A DNA stretch of 64,000 bases from Utricularia gibba (lineage: Eukaryota > Plantae > Magnoliophyta), in the NCBI GenBank assembly GCA_002189035.1, contig CM007990.1, forward strand, positions 992,001 to 1,056,000, written 5' to 3'. Below are positions 38,808 through 52,483 of this stretch, in pieces. The stretch's first letter is position 1; each line of letters opens with the position of its first letter. The position numbers and the translations under genes are program-made. The notes beneath the pieces are model-generated. The model was given only the letters and a program-made list of their open reading frames with translations, was not told the DNA's origin and made no database searches.

Positions 38808-38831
38808 AATATTAATATTAATATTAATATT
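38808..38831. repeat. (AATATT)4 self-complementary tandem repeat in the BTZ/SYS1 divergent spacer
   Basis: Four exact copies read directly from the sequence. Confidence 0.8.
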
Positions 38832-39058
38832 AAAAAAAAAAGAAAAGAAAAGTTGTCTTGTTGCTTGAGGGATCTGTTCCTTCTTCCTTGGAATCTCCTC
38901 TTCCCAATTCTTTCGCGCTTCTCCTTCGCTGTCACTGAAGACTGCAGATCCGAGTATCTGAAGGCTTATCAGTTCCAGCTCGATCATCAACTGGTTGGAT
39001 TCTGAAATTTGGAAGCTTCTCGGAAATCTAAAGAGATTGAGGGTAGAAATCGGGAGTC

Positions 39059-40281
39059 ATGTTCTATGGTGCTGTGGTGTGGGATCCATGGCTGATTGTG
39101 GCTCAGATTGTTTCCCTTCAGTGTCTGTATTATTTGGGGTTTGGTTTATTTTCCTGTCTTCTCGTCGGTACTCGGGTAGCCAGGATGAGTCTGGTGTATT
39201 TCTTTGATTATGCAACGGTTAATGGATCGACGATTACTGGATGGTGTGTGGTTGCTTCGTTTTTTTTCAGCTCTCTTGCTGGGTGAGTTCTCAGTTTCTT
39301 GATGGTGTGAAGGCTCATCGGTTTGTGGGAATCTTGAATTCATTTACAATCCATAAGTTACAGTTTCTGTTACTTGATGTCACTTGAGGCTTTCACTCCC
39401 TCTTCTTTGCTCTTTGTTTGTTCTAGTTAATGGCTGCAAGATCCTGATTCTTAGTATGCTTATGATTTAGGGGAATTGTTAGGCCTTTTGAGGTTCCTTT
39501 GCTAAAACTGGCTACGACTCAAACCTTTAAAAATGTGGACTTTATGCACTTATCATTGCACCATCGGCATCCATCTTTCCAGATTTTGAAATCAAAATCT
39601 GCTCCTTCAAGGTCTTTAACTTGAGGAAACATTTGAAAGAGCTTGAAGGAGCAGAATCTGTGATCACCTCGCTTTTCTTTAAACTATTTTGTCACCTTAT
39701 TGAATGTCGCATAGTATGGATAGATTGTTTATTTGATGGTCTTCGTCATGTATGCAAGTTTTTTTTTTTTTTTCTCGATAGAGTTTGCTCGTGTATCTCA
39801 GTTATAAGAGAAATAAGCCTAACATTTCCAGTTGGTTTCATCTGTGGCAGAGCTGTCTTCTTAGTCTATTTAGTTGAAAGGGCAAAGAAATGCCTTGATT
39901 TTGTGGCAACCCTATACATCATCCACCTGCTTATCTGCACCCTGTATGGAGGCTGGCCATCATCACTGACATGGTGGGTTGTTAATGGCACGGGCCTTGC
40001 TGTTATGGCGCTGCTAGGTGAATACCTCTGCATGAAACGGGAAATGCGAGAGATTCCCATCTCAAGACTTCGATCAAGTAAGCTTTTTTTTTCTTGTTTT
40101 TTTCTGGTTTTCAATGCATAAAAGCTACTTGGAATCTCATCTTCCTCCTCATTTGGCTGCATTTGGGGGGCTTGCGTTTTTTTCAATTTCAAATGGATGA
40201 ATTGGTGGATCATGGCAGTTTTAGAAAACCCTGTTGTTTCTTTACTTATATGAAAGCTTCTGTTTTGGATCAGGTGCTTGA
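39059..40281 (+). CDS. SYS1: SYS1-like Golgi integral membrane protein; exons 39059-39283, 39851-40077 and a probable tiny last exon 40274-40281
   Basis: MFYGAVVWDPWLIVAQIVSLQCLYY and LVERAKKCLDFVATLYIIHL...LGEYLCMKREMREIP. The last exon is uncertain. Confidence 0.9.
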
Positions 40282-40570
40282 ACGTTCGTTTTCGACTTGG
40301 ATCGATGGTTTACATGTCAAATGTACTGATTCATAGACAAGGGATTCATTGATATATTCTTCTGTTTCTGATTTTTTATGGATATAAAGAAAACCTACAA
40401 GATACCCAAAAACTACCAGCACAGGGAAAATGAGATGTCTCAACATATTGATAAGAAAAGTGTTTGCTCAGCACAAAACCTAAATACATTGCAAACTCAA
40501 AATTCATTCTTGGCAGCGAAGCAAGGACTGAACTGAAACTCATGTAACTATAGAGCATTCCAATAGCTGC

Positions 40571-41418
40571 TTATTTTTCCGGTTTGTCCGGATTCTCCTT
40601 TTCAGGATCCTCTTCTTCTTCCTCTTTTTTTTCTTCTTCACCCTCCTCGTCTTCTTCAGGTGGGTCGGCCGGCAATGGGGGAGGCAGGGGAGTTTTCATT
40701 GGGCTGAACTGAGGGAAAATGTCAGGCCTCCTTCCTGGTTTCGGTCTTTCCCACTCCTGTATTCAAATCAATATAGACATGATCAAGTATCCTACGAATG
40801 GGATAACTACCAGAAGAATGTGAACATGTTTACAAGCCTGCAGTACCAACTCATGAATCCAATCGGCATTCATGAAATGTAATTGGATTCACTGCAGACA
40901 TAAGGTGAAGTGTTCAGTCTTGTTTACAAAACCCCTATGGAGATCATGTTCGAATGACAAACGCGCTTGCAGGCAGAAGGTCACAAGGAAAGACAACCCC
41001 AAGCAACAATAAATTGACTGATAACAGCCCATGAACAAAGAGTATAATGATGCTCATATCATGCGTCCATGACAGGAAAATCAAGGCATCTCCAAAGTAA
41101 GTCAAGCAATCCATTTCAATACTTCTCCAGAACTTGCAGGAAATCTGAAGCAAATTGTTGAATGCAAAGAGAGGGGCATAAAATCCAATGGTAGATAACA
41201 CTTACAATAGGAAAATCTAGGGGAGAGCGGCGCGTCATCTTCTCCTCTTCTGGAGCCATGCCAACGATCAACGATTTCCGGCGGCATCCAACCACTCCCG
41301 ATACCCGTCCCCTACGAAAACAACCTAATTGGGGAAACAAAAATTCGTTCTCCAACGACGCACCGAGCATCGATGAAGTGGAAGCTGGTATTGATAATGA
41401 TAAGGAAAGAAACGCCAT
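40571..41418 (-). CDS. Small, probably plastid-targeted protein with Pro-rich core and acidic tail; exons 41418-41206 and 40756-40571; function unknown
   Basis: Transit-peptide-like N-terminus, then MAPEEEKMTRRSPLDFPI/EWERPKPGRRPDIFPQFSPMKTPLPPPLPADPPEEDEEE... joined in frame by a GT-AG intron. Confidence 0.8.
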
Positions 41419-42126
41419 GCGGAGGCGAAGGTGGCGACGGCGGCGCGTGAAGGTACCCGACCTTATCCCTGGCTTCTCTCCAGCTTCAGCTCAGCAAACC
41501 TCTACACCACACAAAAATCCCAAAAAACCACCCTTCAACGTCGGCCGATGAAGCCCGAACCCGACCCATATTTACTTCTTCCCTAATGGGCTTCCTATCT
41601 GAACGGGTCAAAGCCCATCACATCTTATCTCGGCCCACCAACTCCTGAGCTCATCAGTGAATAAATCAAAGAAATAACAAATCTTTATTTGATATAATTC
41701 ATTAAAAATATTCCTATTTAATAACAAAATTATTTTAAAAATATTTACTTAAAAGTAGAATTCATTCCAAATAAAACCTATAAAAAAATCTAAAAATAAT
41801 TCTGATCTTATTAGAACTTTTTATCAAAAAAAAAACACATTTTCAAATTTTCTAATTTAATACAAAATCTTTTACTTGAAATAAAAGAATATAAAACCAT
41901 GAGTATTAGAGAACCAAATTGATAAAGTAAAATAAAAACACCAAACCTCAAGGAATTCGCGTGTAATTTGTACAACACAAAGGGATGGGGTGGCACGGCA
42001 TGGCACTCAATCAGTGTCTCGTGGGGGTTCCAAAACTGCAACAACACTCGGGCCGTTAAAGGCGCCGGCGATGCCTATGCCGCCTGCCTGTATAATCTGT
42101 GTATATTACTCTTGTTTCTATGTTTC

Positions 42127-45100
42127 CTAGCAGAGTATGGGAGCACCGAACTTGTCTTTCTCTTCATCAAACTCCGTGAAGATGTGATGGAGTTCGGGGA
42201 ACGCAGACAAGAGCACCAGCTGGAGGAGTTCGAAAGCCATCTTCTTCAGGAAAACACTTGACTGTGGATGAACACCACCAGCTGCTGCTGATCATTCATT
42301 TTGTATCGCAGAAAACAAGTGGAGGTGGAGAATGGAAGCCGATGATAACCTGGATGAAGTGGTAGAGATCCTTGGCACAATTGTCATACTCCTTCCGGCC
42401 GACAAGGCTGACAATGACGGCGGGGGCGTTGTCTGCAAGAAAAAAAACCAGAGTCACCGGAAAGCTCCTAGGGAGGATTTAGGGAACTGGGAAGGGAGAT
42501 GAGATCACCTATCATCATTTCGTACACGAATTTGGCTCGCCTTTCTGCTTCTCGTTGCTGAATCTCCTCTGGATTAAGGCGGCTTGGGATTTGGGTGAAG
42601 GATCTGTAGTAGGGGAACCGGAAGGAGGACTTCTGGATGACGCGCGTTGGCGACTTGGGTGCTTTGTTATGAAGATCCCATCAGGCCACAGAATCTGATG
42701 ATAGGAGTCATTGATAAGAACTTGCAAAGCTTGTCAAAATTCATGCACTAAGGCAGCGGAGTAATGAAGAAGTGGAATCTATCTTTACAGGAAGGGAGAC
42801 ATAAAAAATGATCACAGAAAAAGAAACCTTTAGGCAGCCAAGAAACAAACACGAGAATGAGAACCAACCGAAGAAATATATTTTTCCAAGATCAAATCGG
42901 CTTACCGTCTCTAATCTCCTGATGGCAGATGCAATCACTGATCCTTTCCGCAGAACTTGGATTTTCTCAATCAACCAATCATCAAAAGCGTCACCCATTC
43001 CTAGTTGGAGAACTTGCTTGGCAGCCCAAAAGGCTTTTCTCCTTCAATGATTATATGGACAAGAAAATAAAATTTGAAGGTAAAAAAGTAGATCAAAACA
43101 TAATATTTTAATTTATACCTAATCCATCCACCATCCTTCAGCTGCAGGATTACATCAACCAAATCCAATATAGGAACACTGAGATTTGGTGGCACCCACT
43201 AGTTGGAATATGAGAAGACTATCAAAATTCTTTTTTCAAAAAAAACCAGCATAATCAAAGATTATGCATATATCAGCTCAGAAATATCTAAATTTCAAAC
43301 TACCTCGCTTGGACTGTTGGGTCTGACACATCATTCGTGTCATAAGTATCTTGATGATTGCTGTTCAGAATACCACCCTCTTTGTTTGACGAGATTACAC
43401 CCTTCTGATTGTTGTCTCCTGCTGCACCATTCATGTTCTGAGAAGCTCTTTTGAATTGACTTTCAGGATTTTTTGGAAAAGGAAGGACTTGGCTGTTTTC
43501 TCTCAATCCAGACCCACCAGAAGTCTGGTCTCCCTTGGTCCTTCCATTTAAAGAAAGTGAATCAGCCTCAAGGCCAGGACTTGCTACTGCAGCATCACCA
43601 ACTGAAACTGTATTAAGATTGAACCTTGGGTATGCCTGTTTAAAAAAAATGGAAGAAAACCCGATATAGACTTTCACCTTGAAGAGTATCAATAATGTAA
43701 AGCGAGTCCGAGAATATGTACATCTGCAGTGAGGGAGCAGAAGAAATATTGGATCAGCTGCACATGTAGATGACTAATAAATGGAGATTTTAATGATATA
43801 TGTCAAACCTGAGAATCAACGCTCAGGAAATCCCAAACTTCAATGGAACATGAAACATTAGGTAGCTGAAAAAGATTCTGCAATAGAATAAATCCAGATA
43901 ATTGATCTCCAGATTTAGATAAAGATCATTGATAGGAATTTCAGAATGGTGCGAAAATTTGATCTTTATGGATATAATGGCATGCCTGAATTAAATGAAA
44001 TAAAAAAAAGAAAGTATTTCAAACACAAACTAGAAATTTAGAAGACCATCTTAGTGTATCCAAATAGCCAAAAACACCTGCACAATATATTGAAATGAGC
44101 AGTCCCAGAATGATGTGATTCATAGCCTAAGATATTTCTAGAGTGACAACACCCAGTGTTTATAGCCCCATATGCAAGTTCAGAAGACACAAAATTTTCC
44201 ACCCAAAAGTGTTCCAATGAATCCAGATCATAAGTTCAGCAATATAAAAAAAATATTAAAAAGTGAAATAAGAAGAAAGTAAAACCTTCAGATACTGATC
44301 GAGCAATTTACATCGCTCTTGAATGACATCGAGACCAAGACCAGTTGAAAGGAAATACTTTGGTGGTAAATGGAGATTATACTCTGGAAAGACTTTTAGA
44401 CGCCTATGTAACTCCTCAAAATGCTGATACCTGCAGGTATGGATGGAGAAGAAGATTACATACAGCAATGAGAGTACATTGTCTTACCGGTGGGATTGCC
44501 ATATTAAACACCAAAAATCACTAAGTGTCCGTAAAAGATTTTCTTCGTCAACCAGGAGGGAAGTATTAGACACAGCAATGGTACCTTCTCTTGATCGACC
44601 AACTGCGTCGATTCACATCTGCAACAGATATAGAATATACAGCAAAGGTTTTTGTTCCACATTTCACAATGTTGGCCCCTAATACCTGCAACCGGTGCTA
44701 CAACATTTAAGCACAAAACATGCAGTCAGAGGTCAATGATGTGGTAAGTAAAGCTCTAGTTGTATCACCTCACATCTCAATCTGAGAAATGATTCAGGGC
44801 CGATGGAGTTTTTAACTGAATTCACCGCCAGATGGTGACCTTCAGGTACAAAAGACAAAGGGGTGGATGTTGAAGGTGTAGATCCACAATAACTTCTGTC
44901 CAGCAATTCTGGCTCTGAGAAATCATTCAACTCCCCAGACTTGCCTTCCATGGAAGAGTTTAATGCATCCTGTCCATCTTGTAGCAGTGTTCTCTCACCC
45001 TCTTCCCAGACCTGCCTAACGTGAGTACTAGATCTTGATCTTTTTCTTGCAAACTTGGTCCGATGCAATCTTCTAGGATGCTGATCCTTGCGTCTACTCT

Positions 45101-47420
45101 TATTCTTTTCAAAATTTTCAAGCGGGTGATGAATATGGCTGAAATTTCTTTTGTTTTTACTGTCCCAAACCTTAACTCCAGGTGAATCAAGGCGCATAAC
45201 ATTGTTTGGATCATCATCCTCTGTGTAGCTACTGCTCAATGAATCAACTTCCTCGGAGGAGATACTTTTAAGATCATTGTCCTTCAACAGATAATTACCG
45301 ACATCTTGACCCCTATTATATTGTGAATCACTGCCATCTTTATCAAATGAAGTCAATGAGCTTATAGTGTTTTTCCCCTGCAGTGAATGAGAATCTCGCT
45401 GGTCCTCTCTGTTTGGCACACTCAACAATGAGTTCTTTGGCAATGGTTTAGCATATTGAATTGTATGTTCCTTAAACTTGTAGTTTCTGCCCTTTGACCA
45501 CATATTGTCAAAGTGTTCAGGCGCCAGAGCCTCTGTCTTTCTATGAGAAAATGCATCCAGCACATCACCCCATTCACCTGTTGGTTGCTGTTTTTCCCCT
45601 TTAACCTCACTAACAGAAACATCTGGCAAAGAACTCCAGGAGCGTGTAGTACGTGTATCCATAGAAAGTAAGGGATCCTTAGAAAGAAGTGCACCACTCA
45701 AATCATCCAAAGACAGATTGTTTGACACCTTTTTATCTTCATCCTTCTTCAAATGCACCAGCTCAACGCCCTTAAAGGAAGGATCAATAAATTGAGGATC
45801 TGGATCAGAAGTCCTTGGGATTCATTTATATTTTGGGGAGATGGCATGGCCTCTGTGTGATTTGCTTTATTATTCTTGATGGCAGAAATAACAGCCACCT
45901 CAATTCTCTCATTCAAAAACCTGAGAAAAAGGTGGAAAATGAAGAACAAAAAAATGTGTATAAAAAAAACCGAAGATACTGGAGAACTATGTACCTTGGG
46001 TTAGCAAGATTTAGCACAGGTCGAATCACAGCACAGGAGAGGAGCTCCCTGGATATATAGCGGAAAGAAGAACAATTAAAATCGTCTGGCTGAAATGTAA
46101 GTAAGACAAGGCCTTCTACAACCTTCTGGAGTACCTGTCATTCATCCACTTAAATTAAGAATTTTCCGAAGGAAGGTGAAAAATCAACTCAATTTATTTC
46201 CATCATTATCAAACTGCCAATAAACAGGGGCAACCTTATGCTCAGCTTCAGGAGAAAATAAAATGGGATGCAACTTGTTCTCAGCAGCCAAAACGGACTT
46301 CAGTTTCATGTCTTGCTCTTCAACAGTTAATGGTTTTGCATCATGCTTCTCGATCAGTTTTTTGCTTGTCCGGAAGACCTCAAGATTACTACATAAAATT
46401 TTGATTATATCCCTGCCAACGAGAAACATGCTTAACACATGGCTCAAATACTTATGAGAGAGAGAAGTTTAATAAAAAAAAAAACATCAGGCTATCCACA
46501 GACAGAACCTTGTCAAAAGGGAAATCAGATTCACTTGTTTCATGCGACTTGAAATTTCTCCAATGACACCATTCATGATCAGTACAAGCTCTTCTGGGCC
46601 TTGTCTATCCGCAGTTATGCGTGAGTACCACAGGTCTGTGACCCACTCTGACACGATATGCCTTGTGAATTGTTCAATTGCATCTTCAACAACTGGGGAA
46701 TTTACCTTGTGTCTCCAGTCAGGTCTTTCAAGTGCTTTAAGAGCCTGAAAAACATTTCCTTCAAATATTCCATTTGTAGGTGTTTGGTCTCCTTTGTAGG
46801 CTGCAGCTCTCCTTCGCATCTCAAAATCGAGAGACATGTAGCGAAGCAGGAGTATTAACAATAGAGCAGCAGGCAAGTTGGCCAAAACTGATGCACTGGT
46901 TACTGAAAGCCAAAAGGAAGAAATAAATCTCTCTGCACTTTTTTGACAATAGGCATGGTTCCCTCTAAAGCAATTTTTCACTATATATGCGCAAAATAGT
47001 AAGTGACAAAGCATCTTAAAAGTTCATACTATGAAACCATAGTACAAAATTCCTGCCTATTCGAAATTGCACCAGTATAGCTGACCAGGCCCTCAAAACT
47101 TGCAGGAGAACCAAAGTCAGTTTTCTTAGCCAAAACTCCACCAAGTGATGAAACATTCAAGGAATCACAGGAGCACTTCAATTATATATGTCATGGATGA
47201 AGACAAATCACAGCTCAAATCAGGTGGAAAACTAAAAGAAAATCGCATCAAGGTATTCATCCGCTTCCCGGGGGGATGGGAAAAAACGAAAAGATAACGA
47301 AAACTTACGAGACATGAGATAGGACAGTCCAACGACACATATTGCCAGCAAAACAATTCTCTTCTTAGCCTCTTCCACCAAGACCTGAACTGTCACTCCA
47401 TGTCTCTCATCAGCGCTCAT
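42127..47420 (-). CDS. PXA-PX-Nexin_C sorting-nexin-like protein (SNX13/14 type), multi-exon; apparent frameshift near 42612-42615
   Basis: [25 protein letters not shown] ([26 protein letters not shown]), PX ([20 protein letters not shown]), [13 protein letters not shown], and Nexin_C end [24 protein letters not shown]. Confidence 0.92.
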
Positions 47421-48060
47421 TGTTCCAGACCTTGTCAGAATCACTTCACCTTCGACCGGGACGCCAAATCTTCATCCGACGCTAGCTAATTCAACGAAAC
47501 AGCGAATTCCGAAACTCCAGTCAACGTCTCCAATCCTCGCCACACGCTCAATCGAACAGCGAAGGCGCCTGCTCCGAACTGCGAGAAATCGAATTCAAAT
47601 CAGCGGAAACAGCTCCTAATCAGTAACGTACTCGAATTTGTCGGCGGTTTAAACTGCAAGCGCACACCAGAAAGCTAACGGGATTAAAATTCTGTCTCTT
47701 CTTCTCCGTCTCTCTCCATCTTCCGCCGAAACAGGAGAAACTCAAACCCCCCAGGCCCAGCAGCGTATTTATTAATATTATTGACTAGTCCGAGATTAAC
47801 ATAGCTAACCTTCTTCCCACAGTTCAGGTTTGGACTTCCGATTTTACTCCATTCGGGTAATCCTATTGTGCTTTGTCGCCATCCTCATCAATCATTTCGT
47901 TTTCCCTTCTTTTTTCCCTGTTTTGTCTTCATTGATCGCCAGTGGAAGGGTAGAAAAGTTGGTCATCTGATAAGCTTTTGCAAGCATCTGGTGCCTAACG
48001 ACGAGCCACCCCCAAGGTTCCTGCTTTTTGGATCCGATTCCGGTCAAGATTTTAGCTTTA

Positions 48061-50447
48061 ATGGGAAGAGCAATAAGGAAGCTAGAGGTCGTATCTCCGG
48101 TTCCCGCTGACATCGACATAGCCAATTCTGTGGAGCCACTCCACATTTCCCAGATTGCCCAAGAGCTCAATCTCAGCCCTCAGTATTATGATCTTTATGG
48201 GAAGTACAAAGCTAAGGCATGTCCCGCCTTCTTATTCTCTTCTCCTCCTTGTGTAATCATACCTGCCCGTAACCTTCTTCGGCATATTCGGGTGTTTAAT
48301 GGGATTACCTTATCCTGTCCCTTTGATATGTGGATACCAATGAGGGTTTTTTTTCGTAGGTTTTGCTATCGGTGCTTGATCAACTTCAAGATGCTGAAAA
48401 TGGATACTATGTGGTGGTTGGAGGGATAACTCCTACACCTCTTGGAGAGGGCAAGTCTACCACTACAGTGGGCTTGTGCCAAGCTTTGGGGCTTTCCTCG
48501 ACCAAAAGGTATCACTTCACTAAAATGGCTTGTCTTGATCTCTATCATTGTATCACATTTTCAGATGCGCCATGGTTTCCTTACAATTTGGTTGTTTCTG
48601 ACCTCCGTCTGTTCTATTATGATGGTGCCCATTGGCTCTGCTAGGTGGTTACTTGTCTTCGTCAGCCATCTCAAGGACCAACATTTGGAATTAAAGGGGT
48701 GCAGCAGGGGGAGGCTATAGCCAGGTTATTCCAATGGACGAGTTCAATCTGCACTTGACAGGGGATATCCATGCTATTACTGCTGCAAACAATCTCCTGG
48801 CTGCAGCCATTGATACCAGGATTTTTCATGAATCAACACAATCTGACAAGGCTCTTTTGAACAGACTGTGCCCTGCAAACAAAGAAGGTAAAAAGACCTT
48901 TAGTGAAATAATGTTTAGACGTTTGAGAAAACTTGGAATCTCAAAGTCTAGTCCTGAAGATCTTACACCTGAGGAGGCAAAGAATTTTGCTAGGCTTGAC
49001 ATCGACCCTGATTCTATCACATGGAGGCGTGTGATGGATGTCAATGATCGTTTCTTGAGGAAAATTACTATTGGAAACGGCCCTGAAGAGAAGGGTATGG
49101 TAAGAGAAACAGGTTTTGACATATCGGTTGCTAGTGAGATAATGGCAGTCCTAGCATTGACAACTTCCCTAGCAGACATGCGAGATAGGCTTGGCAAGAT
49201 GGTCATTGGAAACAGCAAGTCTGGTGATCCTATTACTGCTGATGACCTTGGAGTTGGAGGTGCCTTAACTGTTCTAATGAAGGAGGCTATCAACCCCACA
49301 CTGATGCAGACTCTGGAAGGGACCCCTGTCCTCGTCCATGCTGGCCCTTTTGCAAATATAGCTCATGGTAACTCATCTGTAGTTGCTGATAAGATTGCCT
49401 TGAAGCTTGTTGGGCGTGGAGGATTTGTGGTCACTGAAGCCGGGTTTGGTGCCGATATCGGCACCGAGAAGTTCATGAACATCAAGTGTCGATACAGCGG
49501 TCTTACTCCGCAATGTGCTGTAATTGTGGCAACCATCAGAGCACTCAAGATGCACGGTGGGGGCCTGAGGTTGTTGCCGGGAAACCTCTTCACCGTGCTT
49601 ATGTGACTGAGAATGTATCCCTTGTTGAAGCGGGCTGCACTAATCTGGAGAGGCACATAGCAAATACCAAGGCTTATGGCGTCAATGTTGTAGTGGCGGT
49701 TAACAAGTTCTCCACTGATTCTGAAGCAGAGTTAAATGCAGTCAGATCTGCAGCATTGTCTGCTGGTGCTTTTGATGCCATAATTTGTAATCACCATGCC
49801 CTTGGTGGGAGAGGAGCGGTTAATACCTTACTCAGCAATAAACTTCTAACTGATACATTATTTCATCTGCTCTGATGAATTTGTTTATGGATGCGCAGGT
49901 CGACCTGGGAATCACAGTTCAGAAGGCCTGCGAGAATGCTCATCAGCCATTGAGATTCTTGTACCCTCTGGATATGTCTATCAAGGAGAAAATAGGAGCC
50001 ATAGCCAAGTCATATGGCGCCTCTGGGGTTGAGTACTCAGAGCAGGTGCTGATGCTTTTCTTGTTTCAATACATAATACCATCAGACTGCACATACCTGG
50101 AGTTTTGAACTCATGCTTTCTTGAAACTTGCTTTCCTTACCATTTTGGTGGCTCTGTGTGCATGTTCACAGGCTGAGAAACAAATCGAAATGTACACAAA
50201 ACAAGGTTTCTCCGGCCTGCCAATCTGCATGGCCAAGACACAGTACTCATTCTCCCACAACCCAGCAGAGAAGGGAGCTCCCAGCGGCTTCATACTTCCA
50301 ATCCGAGATGTGAGGGCAAGCATTGGCGCTGGATTTGTGTATCCTCTAGTCGGGGCAATGAGCACAATGCCTGGTCTACCAACAAGGCCTTGCTTCTATG
50401 ACATAGATGTTGACACTACTACTGGACGGGTGATTGGCCTTTCTTGA
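48061..50447 (+). CDS. THFS: Formate--tetrahydrofolate ligase; three apparent frameshifts (48488-48491, 48696-48699, 49559-49563); first intron GC-AG
   Basis: [11 protein letters not shown]-loop [53 protein letters not shown] and [12 protein letters not shown]...MPGLPTRP. Confidence 0.96.
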
Positions 50448-50753
50448 ACCCACGTAACGTTGAATAAGTTCTAGTGACGAAGATTTTCATTTGAACCTGT
50501 ATGAGCAGAGGAATTTGCAGAACGGCTCTTATGCTTGTTCATAGACTTCTCAGAAATTCTAAAGCACCAACTCTCTGAAAATTGGATTAACCCGAGTTAG
50601 ATTACATTACGAACTTACCCTCAGGGCAGGAAATCAATTCTGCACATTATAGAGCCGCAAAGAAACAACAAGCACTTTACTCAAACTGATCCAACAAAAT
50701 GCATCCATCTTGATGTAGTTTCGAGTTTCTGCCAGCAGGATACAAAAAAAATT

Positions 50754-52179
50754 TCAGCGTTTCTCCCAATCTTTAAGTTTCTTGCTACCTTTGGGTTTTT
50801 CAATGGGTAAATTCATTCCAGCCATCTTTTGATTATATTTAGCTCTAAGTGGATCGTTGAAAGTCCACCTGCACCACCAAAATAACAACACAGATAAAGC
50901 AAGTGGCATCTAGGGTATCACTCAATGGAAGAGCATTGCAAAATGAGAGGCTCAAGTGCTCCAGAAACTAATACACTATGATTAATTTGACTTACGGATT
51001 GTTCCAGTCAGTTGTGTCTTCATTGACAAGATGAGTCCATTTGGTTCTTCCACTGCGGCCAAAGTGCTTAACCTGCATGACTTTAGGCAATATGCTTTTA
51101 TCCATCTTATCCTCCCCAGTTGGAGCAGAGAAATCACGAGTGTAAATGTTATCAGCCCCTGCAGTCCCAGTATGACCATCTGGATTTGTCTGGAAGAAGG
51201 CTCCCTTGTGATAATATTTTTGCATGAACCTCCATTTCGATTTGGACTGTGGGGCTGGTTTTGGATTCCTTCTTTCCCACTCTCTACGCTCCTCCTCTGT
51301 CATGTTCCGAACTTTCTCAATTTCCTCCCTTTCCTTCAGCATTGCATCCCTATCCTCTCTATCCCTTTTGATTCTCGAAATTTCTCTCACTTTCCATGCC
51401 TCGTATTCCTCTGCCTCATTGATATCATCATCTGTGTCAACATCAGCAATATTAGCTTCCATCTCAATGTTTTTCTGTATTTCCTGATCCTCCTTTATCT
51501 TCTCAACAACAATCTCCTTCGTTTCCTTCTTACGCTCTTCCAACCTTCTCCTGACTGCTTCCTCTAATGCTCTTTCCTCGGCTTCCAGCCTTTCACGTTC
51601 TGCAATAGTATCCCTTTGTAGTTTAGGAACAAACACTGGCTTAATCATTGCAATACCCACAGTTTCCTCCTCTAAATCAGTTTCATATTCCGACTCCTCC
51701 TCTTCCTCCTCCTCAGCTTCTTCCTCCTCTTCCTCCGGCATAAGGGCTGCTTCTTCTTGCTGCCTTAACAAAAGCTTCTCCCTGATCTTCCTCCTCCTCT
51801 CATCCAATGCATCCTCATCTTCTTCCTCCATATCCAAACCTTCCATTCTCCGGCTTTCCTCCTCGGCAGTGGAAACGATCTCCGCCTGCCGTATTCGCCT
51901 GTGATCCTCCCTAACTTCATCACGGTTATCAATCCTACTTTCAGCTAGACGACGCAACCGAGGATCATCCTTACCCAAAACATCAGAACGACGATCATCC
52001 TTGCTCGGAAAAGCTGCGTCGGCCCTGGCTGTCCGAAAATCCCCATCTTCATCATTGTCGTCAGCCCACTCCGGTGCCTTCCCCGGCCAATACCTCTTCA
52101 CCTTCGTCTGTCCAATTTTGCCTCTGAGTTTCTCCCTTACCGCAATCACGGTATCGCTAACACCAGCTATGACCGACAT
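50754..52179 (-). CDS. MFAP1: Microfibrillar-associated protein 1 (MFAP1) spliceosomal B-complex protein; last exon 50868-50754
   Basis: [63 protein letters not shown] and terminal [17 protein letters not shown]...KDWEKR*. Confidence 0.95.
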
Positions 52180-52405
52180 CACAACAACTTCTCACGAACA
52201 ACCCTAATTCCAAAATCAAATTCTCAACCTCACACCAGAATTCCCGGGCGAAAGGGAATACACAGACGCTATAAAGACACTTGAGACAACTTCAACCCCT
52301 CCATAAGGACCATTACCGTTGCAGGGGACGCAGCTACAAGCAAAGCTCAGCCAAGGGCGCCAGGAAGAGAACAGAGAAACTGAAGCCAAGTGGTGGATCG
52401 CAACC

Positions 52406-52483
52406 TGGGCCTGAGACCATTGGGCTGGTCGACATACTTCTGTAAAGTATATTCAGCAACCCAATAAACATTAGACCGGCCCA
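52406..52483. promoter_or_regulatory. Site II element cluster in the MFAP1/LPCAT divergent promoter
   Basis: TGGGCC at 52406, TGGGCT at 52421 and GGCCCA at 52478. A telo-box-like AACCCTAA lies at about 52200. Confidence 0.5.
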
